The notes under the pieces: model-generated | Database searches by the model: none | What the model saw: the letters and a program-made list of their open reading frames with translations, nothing else | What the model was told of the DNA's origin: nothing | Shown: one piece after another, positions 16,223 to 23,288 of the stretch | Position numbering within the stretch: position 1 is the stretch's first letter | How the letters are laid out: each line of letters opens with the position of its first letter | Assembly: GCA_965246785.1 (NCBI GenBank) | Contig: CBDFFM010000029.1 | Coordinates: 20,428 to 44,427, forward strand | Length of the DNA stretch: 24,000 nucleotides | Reading direction: 5' to 3' | Source of the DNA: Chitinophagaceae bacterium | GTDB taxonomy: Bacteria > Bacteroidota > Bacteroidia > Chitinophagales > Chitinophagaceae | Position numbers and translations under genes: made by a program

Positions 16223-16399
16223 TCAAGACCCCGGAAACTCATGCGGCTTATCATCGCCCTCATGCCGCACCCCCGCATCCACAATATTCCTTGCCGCCTT
16301 GTAAGTGCCTACAAACTCCGGCGCATCATCGCGGTACAGGCCCACCAGGTCGTGTATAACTTGCAGTACCGCTTTGCCGCGCTGTATCGCCTGCGGCAT
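16223..16399 (-). CDS. possible small protein (58 aa), below the ORF-track cutoff
   Basis: Hand translation gives MPQAIQRGKAVLQVIHDLVGLYRDDAPEFVGTYKAARNIVDAGVRHEGDDKPHEFPGS. The composition is protein-like and the 16177-16203 hairpin follows it. No homology recognised. Confidence 0.3.
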   Translation of the reverse strand: MPQAIQRGKAVLQVIHDLVGLYRDDAPEFVGTYKAARNIVDAGVRHEGDDKPHEFPGS

Positions 16400-16647
16400 T
16401 GTAGCCGTCAGTGTCTTGCGGCCGGATATAGCCCGGCGCGGCCTTGCTGAATGCCTAAATCGCCGTAGCCGCCATATCGCCCCTTGTTTAGACCCTGCTC
16501 GGCATAGGCTATGCCTACGTTATGCTATGCTGTAGCCTAATGATGTTGCATAATCAAACGAAGCCACAAGGCTTAGCTTAACTGTTACTAAGGCTTAGTG
16601 GCTATCTTGTCCCGAAAATTAAACAGCACACCCCCAACCTAAATCCC

Positions 16648-17097
16648 ATGCCCAACAACAATGTTTCCTTACACCGCGTCTTGAAAGCAGCGCCCGAAAA
16701 AGTGTATCAGGCATTCACCAACCCGCTGGCTATGGCTGCCTGGCTGCCGCCCTACGGCTATCTGTGCGCCGTACAGGAGATGGATGCGCGTGTGGGCGGG
16801 CACTATAAGATGTCGTTTACCAATTTCTCCACAGGCAAGAGCCATTCGTTTGGCGGCGAGTACATAGAGCTGAAGCCGGGTGAATTCATCAAGTACACGG
16901 ACAGGTTTGACGACCCGAATCTGCCGGGGGAGATGACTACTACGGTGCGGCTGAAAAAGGTGTCTGTAGGCACTGAGCTGACGATAACGCAGGAGGGCAT
17001 ACCGGCGATGATACCGGCGGAAATGTGCTACTTAGGCTGGCAGGAGTCGCTGGATAAGCTGATGCGGCTGGTGGAGCCTTCCATTCCGGATGCGTAG
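16648..17097 (+). CDS. SRPBCC superfamily protein (AHSA1/Aha1-like START-fold)
   Basis: 'VSLHRVLKAAPEKVYQAFTNPLAMAAWLPPYG..ARVGGHYKMSF..HSFGGEYIELKPGEFIKYT..TELTITQEG' fits the AHSA1-type SRPBCC pattern. 149 aa. Confidence 0.8.
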   Translation: MPNNNVSLHRVLKAAPEKVYQAFTNPLAMAAWLPPYGYLCAVQEMDARVGGHYKMSFTNFSTGKSHSFGGEYIELKPGEFIKYTDRFDDPNLPGEMTTTVRLKKVSVGTELTITQEGIPAMIPAEMCYLGWQESLDKLMRLVEPSIPDA

Positions 17098-17102
17098 GAC
17101 TT

Positions 17103-17681
17103 ATGCCGGTATCTATTAAGCAGCGGACGTATGGCAAGGCGGACATCAGCGGCGCGCGCTTAGAAAAGGGCGTGTACGAGGGCTGCCGCTTTGATGGCTG
17201 CGATTTCTCTAATGCGGATTTGTCGCAGTTCCGCTTTATTGACTGCGCGTTTACGGATTGCAACCTGAGCCTTGCGCGGCTGGACGACACGTCTTTCAGA
17301 GACGTAAGATTTGTTGCCTGTAAGATGCTGGGGCTGCGCTTTGACAAGTGCGGCGGCTTTGGACAGTCGTTCCATTTTGAGCGCTGTATCCTTAATGATT
17401 CCTCTTTCTACAAGGCAAAAATCAGCCACACGGTTTTTAAGGATACGCAACTGCGGGATGTTGATTTTACGGAGGCTGATCTGACCGGGGCTACGATTGC
17501 GGGCTGCGACCTGGCGGGCGCCGCCTTTGGACGGACGATACTGGATAAAGCGGATTTGCGAACGTCTATTAACTATGCGATAGACCCGGAGGTGAACCGG
17601 CTGAAGAAAGCGAAGTTTTCGCTCTCGGAAGTGGAGGGTTTGCTGGGTAAGTACGGGATTATTGTGGATAGATTTAGCTAA
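17103..17681 (+). CDS. pentapeptide-repeat protein (Qnr/MfpA-like fold)
   Basis: Continuous A(D/N)LXX-type pentapeptides: 'CDFSNADLSQFRFIDCAFTDCNLSLARLDDTSFRDVRF..', 'VDFTEADLTGATIAGCDLAGAAFGRTILDKADLR'. It starts 5 nt after the SRPBCC stop, so the two are probably co-transcribed. Confidence 0.85.
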   Translation: MPVSIKQRTYGKADISGARLEKGVYEGCRFDGCDFSNADLSQFRFIDCAFTDCNLSLARLDDTSFRDVRFVACKMLGLRFDKCGGFGQSFHFERCILNDSSFYKAKISHTVFKDTQLRDVDFTEADLTGATIAGCDLAGAAFGRTILDKADLRTSINYAIDPEVNRLKKAKFSLSEVEGLLGKYGIIVDRFS

Positions 17682-17827
17682 GCTGCCGGCAATCAAAAAG
17701 TCCGTTCTTCCGGCTGTTAGCGCAGCGCATCCGGAAGTGGAATAGAACCGCTCTCTGAGCGGTGCGGTTCCGAGAACAGCTTCATTCACTTTTTCGCCAC
17801 ATCACCCGGAACAATAGCATTACACCC

Positions 17828-18190
17828 TCACGATGCCAAAGGCAAAAACACCTCAGCAGGCAAATTAAAGAACACCCTGAGCTTCCGCGCCATCTTCAGC
17901 GTCAGCTCCCGCTTGCCCGAAAGTATGGCCGATACATGGCCTTTGCTGCCAATCACCGACTCCAGGTCTTTGGCCTTCAGGCCGCGTTCCTCCATCTTCA
18001 GCTTAATGATGTCTAGGGGATTAGCCGCAGGCAGCGCATAATGCCGCCCGTCGTAATCCGCCACCAGTACAATGAGCAGCTCCAACTCTTCCCCCTCCGG
18101 CGTGCCCTGCGGGGCATGGAAAATATCCATCAGCCTGCCTGTAGCCGCTTTGTAATCTTCTTCGGTTTTCAATACTTTCCAATGGCGCAT
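17828..18190 (-). CDS. higA: HigA-type HTH antitoxin / XRE-like regulator
   Basis: C-terminal 'LESVIGSKGHVSAILSGKRELTLKMARKLRVFFNLPAEVFL' parallels E. coli HigA '..EIGSKSMVSRVLSGKRKLTLEHAKKLATRFGISPALF', with an N-terminal helical extension as in HigA. Confidence 0.8.
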   Translation of the reverse strand: MRHWKVLKTEEDYKAATGRLMDIFHAPQGTPEGEELELLIVLVADYDGRHYALPAANPLDIIKLKMEERGLKAKDLESVIGSKGHVSAILSGKRELTLKMARKLRVFFNLPAEVFLPLAS

Positions 18191-18192
18191 GG

Positions 18193-18288
18193 CTAAGGCT
18201 TTTTAAAGTTGTTGATGCTGGTATCGTAGGTAATGGTAGCGGCATCTATGCGGTTATACGCTGCCAGCACGTCCACACCGGCACCCAT
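18193..18288 (-). pseudogene. higB: probable relic of the C-terminus of a HigB-family toxin (31 codons)
   Basis: Hand translation gives MGAGVDVLAAYNRIDAATITYDTSINNFKKP*. 'AAYNRIDAATI' resembles the HigB C-terminal consensus '..GTHAEYDKIDA.TI' as I recall it. The stop lies 2 nt before the higA ATG, a typical higBA junction. The frame closes with TAA 12 codons upstream of the ATG, so about 60 N-terminal toxin residues are absent. Confidence 0.45.
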
Positions 18289-19025
18289 TAATTCTTCACC
18301 GCAGGCCCTTCGGAGCCGTACATCTTAGTGATGTCGGTAATCAGTTGACAACGTTTCGCAAACTCATTCCATACGGCGTATTGAAGGCGGATTTCCTCCA
18401 TTAGCGTATTGTAGTTCACAATTATATCGTTGCGGTATTGTATGGCGTGCTCCCACCGCTCGCGATGGAAGCTGAGGGTTCCACGAAACCGCTCGTCCGC
18501 ACGGTCAAAGCCCAAAAAGTCTATGGAGTGTCGCCCAGCCTCGGCATAGAGGAGGTGCTTATCGTCTCTCACGGCATCCCATAGCGTATCGTCGTCGCTG
18601 TACAGGCGCTCCCGGAATTCTTCATGCACCTTGCCCTTCGCGTTAAGGTCTGCCGACAAGATGCCGAGTGTCTCTTCAAATGCGGCTATAGCGTCACGCG
18701 CAGCATTAAAGGCATCTGCGAAGGCATCGGCAGGGCCGGTAATCTTGAGCCGGAAGGCAGGCAGCACGGCTTCTGCCGCTTGCTGCGCTGCGGCAATAGC
18801 CGGCGCCACGGTACTGCTGAGGCTGGAACGCACTTCGCCCACATGCTTATCAAAACGGCTAAAGGCGTCGTAAAGGGCACGCTTAAGCTTGTCCATTTCC
18901 ACAATCTCGTCATGCAGCTTGCTGAAGTTGCTGTACAGCCGCTCATCCACCTCAGACCAAGGAATGCTTTCGTCGTACTCAAACCAGTTGGCTACCAGTG
19001 GCTGCCCGATTTCCTTTTTGCTCAT
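18288..19025 (-). CDS. hypothetical protein, 245 aa, apparently all-helical and acidic (orf245)
   Basis: Clean ORF with its own TAnnTTTG box. Its stop TAA overlaps the ATG of the higB relic (TAATG). No TM segment, signal peptide or catalytic motif I can recognise. Confidence 0.65.
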   Translation of the reverse strand: MSKKEIGQPLVANWFEYDESIPWSEVDERLYSNFSKLHDEIVEMDKLKRALYDAFSRFDKHVGEVRSSLSSTVAPAIAAAQQAAEAVLPAFRLKITGPADAFADAFNAARDAIAAFEETLGILSADLNAKGKVHEEFRERLYSDDDTLWDAVRDDKHLLYAEAGRHSIDFLGFDRADERFRGTLSFHRERWEHAIQYRNDIIVNYNTLMEEIRLQYAVWNEFAKRCQLITDITKMYGSEGPAVKN

Positions 19026-19050
19026 TACGCTTAGAATTGAATGGCTGCTG

Positions 19051-19058
19051 CAAACTTA
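19051..19058 (-). promoter_or_regulatory. -7 box TAAGTTTG for orf245
   Basis: Plus strand reads caaactta, 25 nt upstream of the ATG at 19025 and preceded by a T-run. Confidence 0.4.
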
Positions 19059-19119
19059 AAAAAGATGCGCAGGTTGCTTCACTACGTTCGTAATGACGGA
19101 CAAGCTGGTACTCACCTAT

Positions 19120-20085
19120 TCACCCCCGCTCCACCAGCCACACACTCCAGTCCCGCCCCCAATGGCTTACCAGCCAGGCCCGCTCCTTCCCCTCCGGCCA
19201 GCCGGATACTAAGCGTGCAAATGCTACCGCCACATCTGTGCCCCAAGCGCCCGTGCGCTGCCGGTAGCGGGTGCCGCCGTCTAAGGGAGCGGTGTATGCC
19301 CCTTCCGAGTGCACATCGCCATAGCTGCCCGTCCATAGCACATCGCCATCGCGCAGGCCGCCCTTTGCGGCAATGATATCCGCTATGCGCACGCCCGCTG
19401 CTTCCGAAGAGTGCTCTGTAAACAGGGCCAGCCCGCTGATGCGCGCCGACGCGCCCGCAGCATCGGCGCTCAGCAGGAGAAAGCCTGCACCCTCGCCCGC
19501 CACCGCCCCGCGATGCGGCCCCGCCACATCATCCGTGGCATAGGGCGTGGTGGTGTAAACACCGATACGCTGCAGGAGGCCCAGCACCGTATCCGTCAGC
19601 TCATCCACCCCGCCGCAGAGGATGCGGTGGCCGGGATGCTCCGCGAGGTAGAGGGCGGCGCTCATCACTGCGCCCTCAAAGGAGTGGCCGCGCTGCACCA
19701 GCGTATTGTTGTAGCCCCGGCAGCCGGTGGCAAGGGCTATTTGCCCCGCAACGGTATTGTGCGTGCTTTGAATAAAGGCCGTCGGCGTCAGCATCTGCTC
19801 CGCTCCCTCCACGAGCTTTTTCAAAAAAACCTCCGTATCGCCGATGCAGCCCAGCGAGGTGCCTACGGTAATGGCATCCGGCTTTTCCAGCCCCGCCGCG
19901 GCGAGGCATTCCCGCGCCGCGCCGATGCCCATGCGCACGGCCTTGCTCATGCGCCGCAACTGCATGGGCGGGATGAAGGCCGAGTAATCCGGCTCCTTCG
20001 CACTCAGCCGCAGCACCTCCTCACCGCTTCGGGCTTCCGGCGCAATGGCCGCTGCGGCGTGTATGTAGAGGTTAAGGCTCAGCAT
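19120..20085 (-). CDS. beta-ketoacyl synthase-like protein lacking the active-site Cys (chain-length-factor-like)
   Basis: KS N-terminal-like 'RRMSKAVRMGIGAARECLAAAGL..DAITVGTSLG', 'STHNTVAGQIALATGCRGYNNTLVQRGHSFEGAV' (His where KS has the Cys). No HGTGT motif. Its start overlaps the upstream KS stop by 7 nt. Confidence 0.8.
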   Translation of the reverse strand: MLSLNLYIHAAAAIAPEARSGEEVLRLSAKEPDYSAFIPPMQLRRMSKAVRMGIGAARECLAAAGLEKPDAITVGTSLGCIGDTEVFLKKLVEGAEQMLTPTAFIQSTHNTVAGQIALATGCRGYNNTLVQRGHSFEGAVMSAALYLAEHPGHRILCGGVDELTDTVLGLLQRIGVYTTTPYATDDVAGPHRGAVAGEGAGFLLLSADAAGASARISGLALFTEHSSEAAGVRIADIIAAKGGLRDGDVLWTGSYGDVHSEGAYTAPLDGGTRYRQRTGAWGTDVAVAFARLVSGWPEGKERAWLVSHWGRDWSVWLVERG

Positions 20086-21275
20086 TTGGAGAAGATGAGT
20101 GAGGAGCAGGCCCCGCCGAAGCCGAATGAGTTGGAAAGCACATGCCGCACATCCACCCCGCTGCGGGCTTCGCGCACTGGTGTAAACGATACATCCGGCA
20201 TCTGCGCCTCCCAGCGAAGATTGGGAGGGATAAAGCCCTCGCAGATGGAAAGAAGGGAGAACACCGCCTCCACCCCGCCGGCAGCGCCGAGCGCATGGCC
20301 GGTAAAAGCTTTTGTAGATGAAGCAGGAGGCACAGCAGCGCTGAAAAGCTTTTCAATGGCTGCGCCCTCCGCGCTGTCGTTATTCTCCGTGCCGGTGCCG
20401 TGGAGGTTGATATAGGAAATGTCTTCAGGCTGCAGGCCGGCTACAGACAGCGCGCCTTCCATGGCCAAAGTATTTCCGATACCATCGGGCGAGGAGGCGG
20501 TCTGGTGATAAGCGTCATTCGCATTGCCCCAGCCGCTAACGGTGGCGATAGGCGCTGCGCCGTAAGCTTTTAATGCCTTCTCGCTCATCAGCAGGAGATA
20601 GCCCGCGCCTTCGCCGAGGTTCAGCCCACGGCGGGCTGCGTCAAAAGGCTGGCAAAGCTGCCGGTCAAGGATGCCGAGGGTATTAAAGCCGTTGAGCGTG
20701 AAGCGGCAAAGCGCATCGGCGCCACCGGCAACGGCTACGTCCGCCATTCCGGCGCGTATCATCTGCGCAGCCATCATGATGCTGTTGGCGGATGAAGAGC
20801 AGGCGGTGGAAACAGTGGTGCGGTAGCCGTCAAGGCCGAGCTGTCGCGCGGCGAGGTCGGTAACGGCCCCGCATTCGTGGTAGATGAAATCGGCGGGCGA
20901 GCCGCTGGCCCTGTTCTTCTGCAGTGCGCCGAAAAAGGCTTCGGTCTTATCCATGCCACCGACGGTATTGGCGGAAAGGAAGGCTATCGGAAAATGCTTT
21001 TCCAGCCCGGCAAAGGGCTTCCAGGCCTCGCCCGCCGCAATGGTGCTGAGCATGGCTGTGCGCGGCAGATGGCGCGGCATATTGGCTATTGCCGCCAGCT
21101 CTTTATTGGTCTTCTTTATTTCCCCTACGGGGATGGTGTCTGCCCAATGGCTTTGCAGCACTTCGGCCCTGCCAATGCCACTGCGACCCTCTTTAAGGCT
21201 TTGCAGGCACGCTGCTGTATCGCCGCCTATGGCGGTAATGATTCCAGTGTTGACTATGAAAACAGGTGCGGGCAT
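20079..21275 (-). CDS. beta-ketoacyl-ACP synthase II-like (FabF-type KS) with complete Cys-His-His triad
   Basis: 'TVSTACSSSANSIMMAAQMI' (Cys), 'INLHGTGTENND' (His), 'TKAFTGHALGAAG' (His), 'SNSFGFGGACSSLIF'. Start set to the ATG at 21275 (MPAPVFIVNTGIITAIGG); the ORF-track extension to 21332 looks non-native. Confidence 0.9.
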   Translation of the reverse strand: MPAPVFIVNTGIITAIGGDTAACLQSLKEGRSGIGRAEVLQSHWADTIPVGEIKKTNKELAAIANMPRHLPRTAMLSTIAAGEAWKPFAGLEKHFPIAFLSANTVGGMDKTEAFFGALQKNRASGSPADFIYHECGAVTDLAARQLGLDGYRTTVSTACSSSANSIMMAAQMIRAGMADVAVAGGADALCRFTLNGFNTLGILDRQLCQPFDAARRGLNLGEGAGYLLLMSEKALKAYGAAPIATVSGWGNANDAYHQTASSPDGIGNTLAMEGALSVAGLQPEDISYINLHGTGTENNDSAEGAAIEKLFSAAVPPASSTKAFTGHALGAAGGVEAVFSLLSICEGFIPPNLRWEAQMPDVSFTPVREARSGVDVRHVLSNSFGFGGACSSLIFSKC

Positions 21276-21548
21276 CCGGGGTGCGGCGAGGCCGTGGATG
21301 CAAAGATAGCGCGGCGCTGAGGGGCGCGGCATTTACGCCCGGGTGTGTATGGTGTGGCGCAGCGGGCGAGGCTTGCTCCGTGGCGCTCTGCAAGCGCGGT
21401 AAGATCGGCAACCGGCTCCATCATAATGGCGGCAGGTGCGGCGGTAGCATCCAGCTTCAGGCGTACGGTAGGCAGCCGCCAGGGTTTTAAAAGTTTCAGC
21501 TTCTTCATGGAAAATCTGCGCTCTTTTCGCGGCAACAAAGTAGAGCAC

Positions 21549-22178
21549 TTAACGTGCCGCAGGTAGTGTAGTGATGTGAAGGGCTTGTAATTGCTGTACC
21601 GACAGGCTTTCAATGCTCTGCCGGTCTGCCCAGAAGAGGCTTACGTCGTGATGTGCGCCCACGGCATCGGCCCAGCCGAAGAGGCAATGGTTAGCGCCGC
21701 GATGTTCCAGCAGGTCGCGCACCCAGAAGAGGAGAGCTTCGGCATCAAAGTCGTCGGCCACTTCACAAAGCTGCTCGCCGGTAAAGCCGTGGCGGATGCA
21801 GATTTCGCCGAGGGCGATGTTGGGCAGGGTATAGACGAACACGGCGGGCGATGGAATGGTCTGCATCGTTTCCGCGTAGCGGTGGTCGGTTTCCAGGCAG
21901 CCATCGCGCGTAGCTATTACTACGGCAATGTGCTGCTTGTCTAGGCCATCATACAGCCAGCTTTCTCCCTGACGCAATAGGGCTTCCGCGCCGAGCCAGG
22001 CCCATTTGCAGAGGCTGTCCATCTTGAAAAACTTAGCGTAGCTGCAGCCGAGGGCGCGGTACATATCCGCGGGTTCGGTTGTGCCGGTGGCGGCCAGTTG
22101 TACGCCATTGCGCAGCAAGGTGCCGCCTACGATGCGTACGTGTTGAAGGCCGTTTGTATATATGGATGCTGCCGCCAT
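21549..22178 (-). CDS. short KS N-terminal-domain-like protein (209 aa from ATG 22178; alternative start 22295)
   Basis: 'SPAVFVYTLPNIALGEICIRHGFTGEQL' and its overall size resemble the small KS-like proteins in Bacteroidota flexirubin/aryl-polyene-type clusters. No catalytic Cys motif seen. Confidence 0.65.
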   Translation of the reverse strand: MAAASIYTNGLQHVRIVGGTLLRNGVQLAATGTTEPADMYRALGCSYAKFFKMDSLCKWAWLGAEALLRQGESWLYDGLDKQHIAVVIATRDGCLETDHRYAETMQTIPSPAVFVYTLPNIALGEICIRHGFTGEQLCEVADDFDAEALLFWVRDLLEHRGANHCLFGWADAVGAHHDVSLFWADRQSIESLSVQQLQALHITTLPAAR

Positions 22179-22353
22179 TCCAGGAATGCCTTGGTGAGGC
22201 TTGAACAGCGTCGTGCCGTTCTGTGGGGCGACCAAAGTAGGGTGCGGGGCTTTGCTGTGCAAGATTTTGGGTGGTAAAAGTTTTCCACCGGCCATCGCTC
22301 AAGTTCCCGTTCCGGGATGACAAAAGATTGGGAGACAGCCTACAAGGAAAAGA

Positions 22354-22379
22354 CCTTCCGGATTTTGAAATCCGGAAGG
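22354..22379 (-). terminator. rho-independent terminator after the response-regulator gene
   Basis: ccttccggatt-ttga-aatccggaagg: 11-bp perfect stem. On the minus strand it is followed by tcttttcc. It lies 30 nt past the stop at 22409. Confidence 0.7.
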
Positions 22380-22408
22380 CCTTTAGGAAAAACTCTTAGG
22401 CGGCAGGC

Positions 22409-23137
22409 TTATGCTTCCGCAGCCGTTTCCGGCATCACCAGGCGGAAGCCGTTGCCGTGGATGTTCACGATTTCCACCTGCGGGTCTTCGCGGAGGTATT
22501 TGCGCAGCTTGGCAATGTACACGTCCATGGAGCGGCCATTGAAATAGGTATCCGAGCCCCAGATGCGCTTAAGGGCAGCTTCGCGGGGGAGGAGGTCGTT
22601 TTTGTATTCGGCGAGCATGGTCAGCAGGGCGTTCTCCTTTGGCGAGAGGGTGCTGCTGGCGCCATTATGAGTCAGTTGGCGGAGGCGGCTGTTGAAGTGG
22701 TAGGAGCCGATTTGAAACTCTACCTGCGCGTGCTGCTTTTCCTGCAATTCCTGGTTGCGCTTCATTACTGCCTTGATTTTCTGCAGCAGGATTTCTGAGT
22801 CAAAAGGCTTGGTGATGTAGTCATCCGCGCCCAGCTTGTAGCCGTTCAGGATGTCTTCCTTCATGCTTTTGGCGGAGAGGAAGAAGAGCGGAATATCCGG
22901 GTCAACGTTGCGGATTTCCTCGGCGAGGGTGAAGCCGTCCATGTTGGGCATCATCACGTCCAGCAGGCAGATGTCGTACTTCTCGCGGCGGAAAGCGGCG
23001 AGGCCGAGTATGCCATCGCGGGCCAGCTCTACTGCGAAATCATTCAGCTCAAGATAGTTCTTGAGCACGGTGCCGAAGTTGGTGTCGTCTTCTACGAGGA
23101 GGACTTTGTTGCGTTGTGGTTGTTGGTCTTGCGCCAT
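22409..23137 (-). CDS. OmpR/PhoB-family response regulator (receiver + winged-helix), no adjacent histidine kinase
   Basis: 'KVLLVEDDTNFGTVLKNYL', 'DICLLDVMMPNMDGFTL', 'LSAKSMKEDILNGYKLGADDYITKPF', and C-terminal 'LSPKENALLTMLAEY..LLPREAALKRIWG....RSMDVYIAKLRKYL...VEIVNIHGNGFRL'. Confidence 0.9.
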   Translation of the reverse strand: MAQDQQPQRNKVLLVEDDTNFGTVLKNYLELNDFAVELARDGILGLAAFRREKYDICLLDVMMPNMDGFTLAEEIRNVDPDIPLFFLSAKSMKEDILNGYKLGADDYITKPFDSEILLQKIKAVMKRNQELQEKQHAQVEFQIGSYHFNSRLRQLTHNGASSTLSPKENALLTMLAEYKNDLLPREAALKRIWGSDTYFNGRSMDVYIAKLRKYLREDPQVEIVNIHGNGFRLVMPETAAEA

Positions 23138-23147
23138 TTGGGGAAAC

Positions 23148-23190
23148 GTTGGAGATGTTGGATGAGGTTGAACGGGTTGAACAAGTTGAA
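23148..23190 (-). repeat. five phased direct repeats of TYCAAC (TTCAAC x3, TCCAAC x2) immediately upstream of the response-regulator ATG
   Basis: Plus-strand gttgga at 23148 and 23157; gttgaa at 23167, 23176 and 23185. Spacing is 9, 10, 9, 9 nt. The ATG is at 23137. Confidence 0.7.
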
Positions 23191-23288
23191 CGGATTTAAA
23201 TCACTCGCCTCTCACTATTCACAACTCACTATCCACCGCTCACCGTCCCGCCGTTGGCTAAAATAACGTGCCGTACTGCTAACTGTTG

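Noticed and set aside
16241-16535. 69-aa and 76-aa plus-strand ORFs
   Set aside because: They have Arg/Cys/Pro-rich composition and no motif. The minus-strand 58-aa ORF with a terminator explains the region better.
17747-17763. Hairpin accgctc-tct-gagcggt as a terminator between the pentapeptide gene and higA
   Set aside because: The stem is real but short, and no U-tract follows it on either strand. That is not enough to call a terminator.
17160-17789. 209-aa minus-strand ORF opposite the pentapeptide-repeat gene
   Set aside because: It is kept open by the periodic repeat DNA. The plus-strand pentapeptide pattern is unambiguous.
16450-17830. tRNA or tmRNA gene fragment as an island integration site
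   Set aside because: The non-coding stretches at 16450-16647 and 17682-17827 were read by eye. No cloverleaf, no GTTCGAATC-type T-loop and no CCA-proximal acceptor pairing was found. The ggttccgag at ~17766 lacks a matching stem.
19411-20415. 334-aa plus-strand ORF opposite the KS and CLF-like genes
   Set aside because: It is the antisense frame of two well-supported KS-family genes, with Arg/Ala-rich low-complexity composition.
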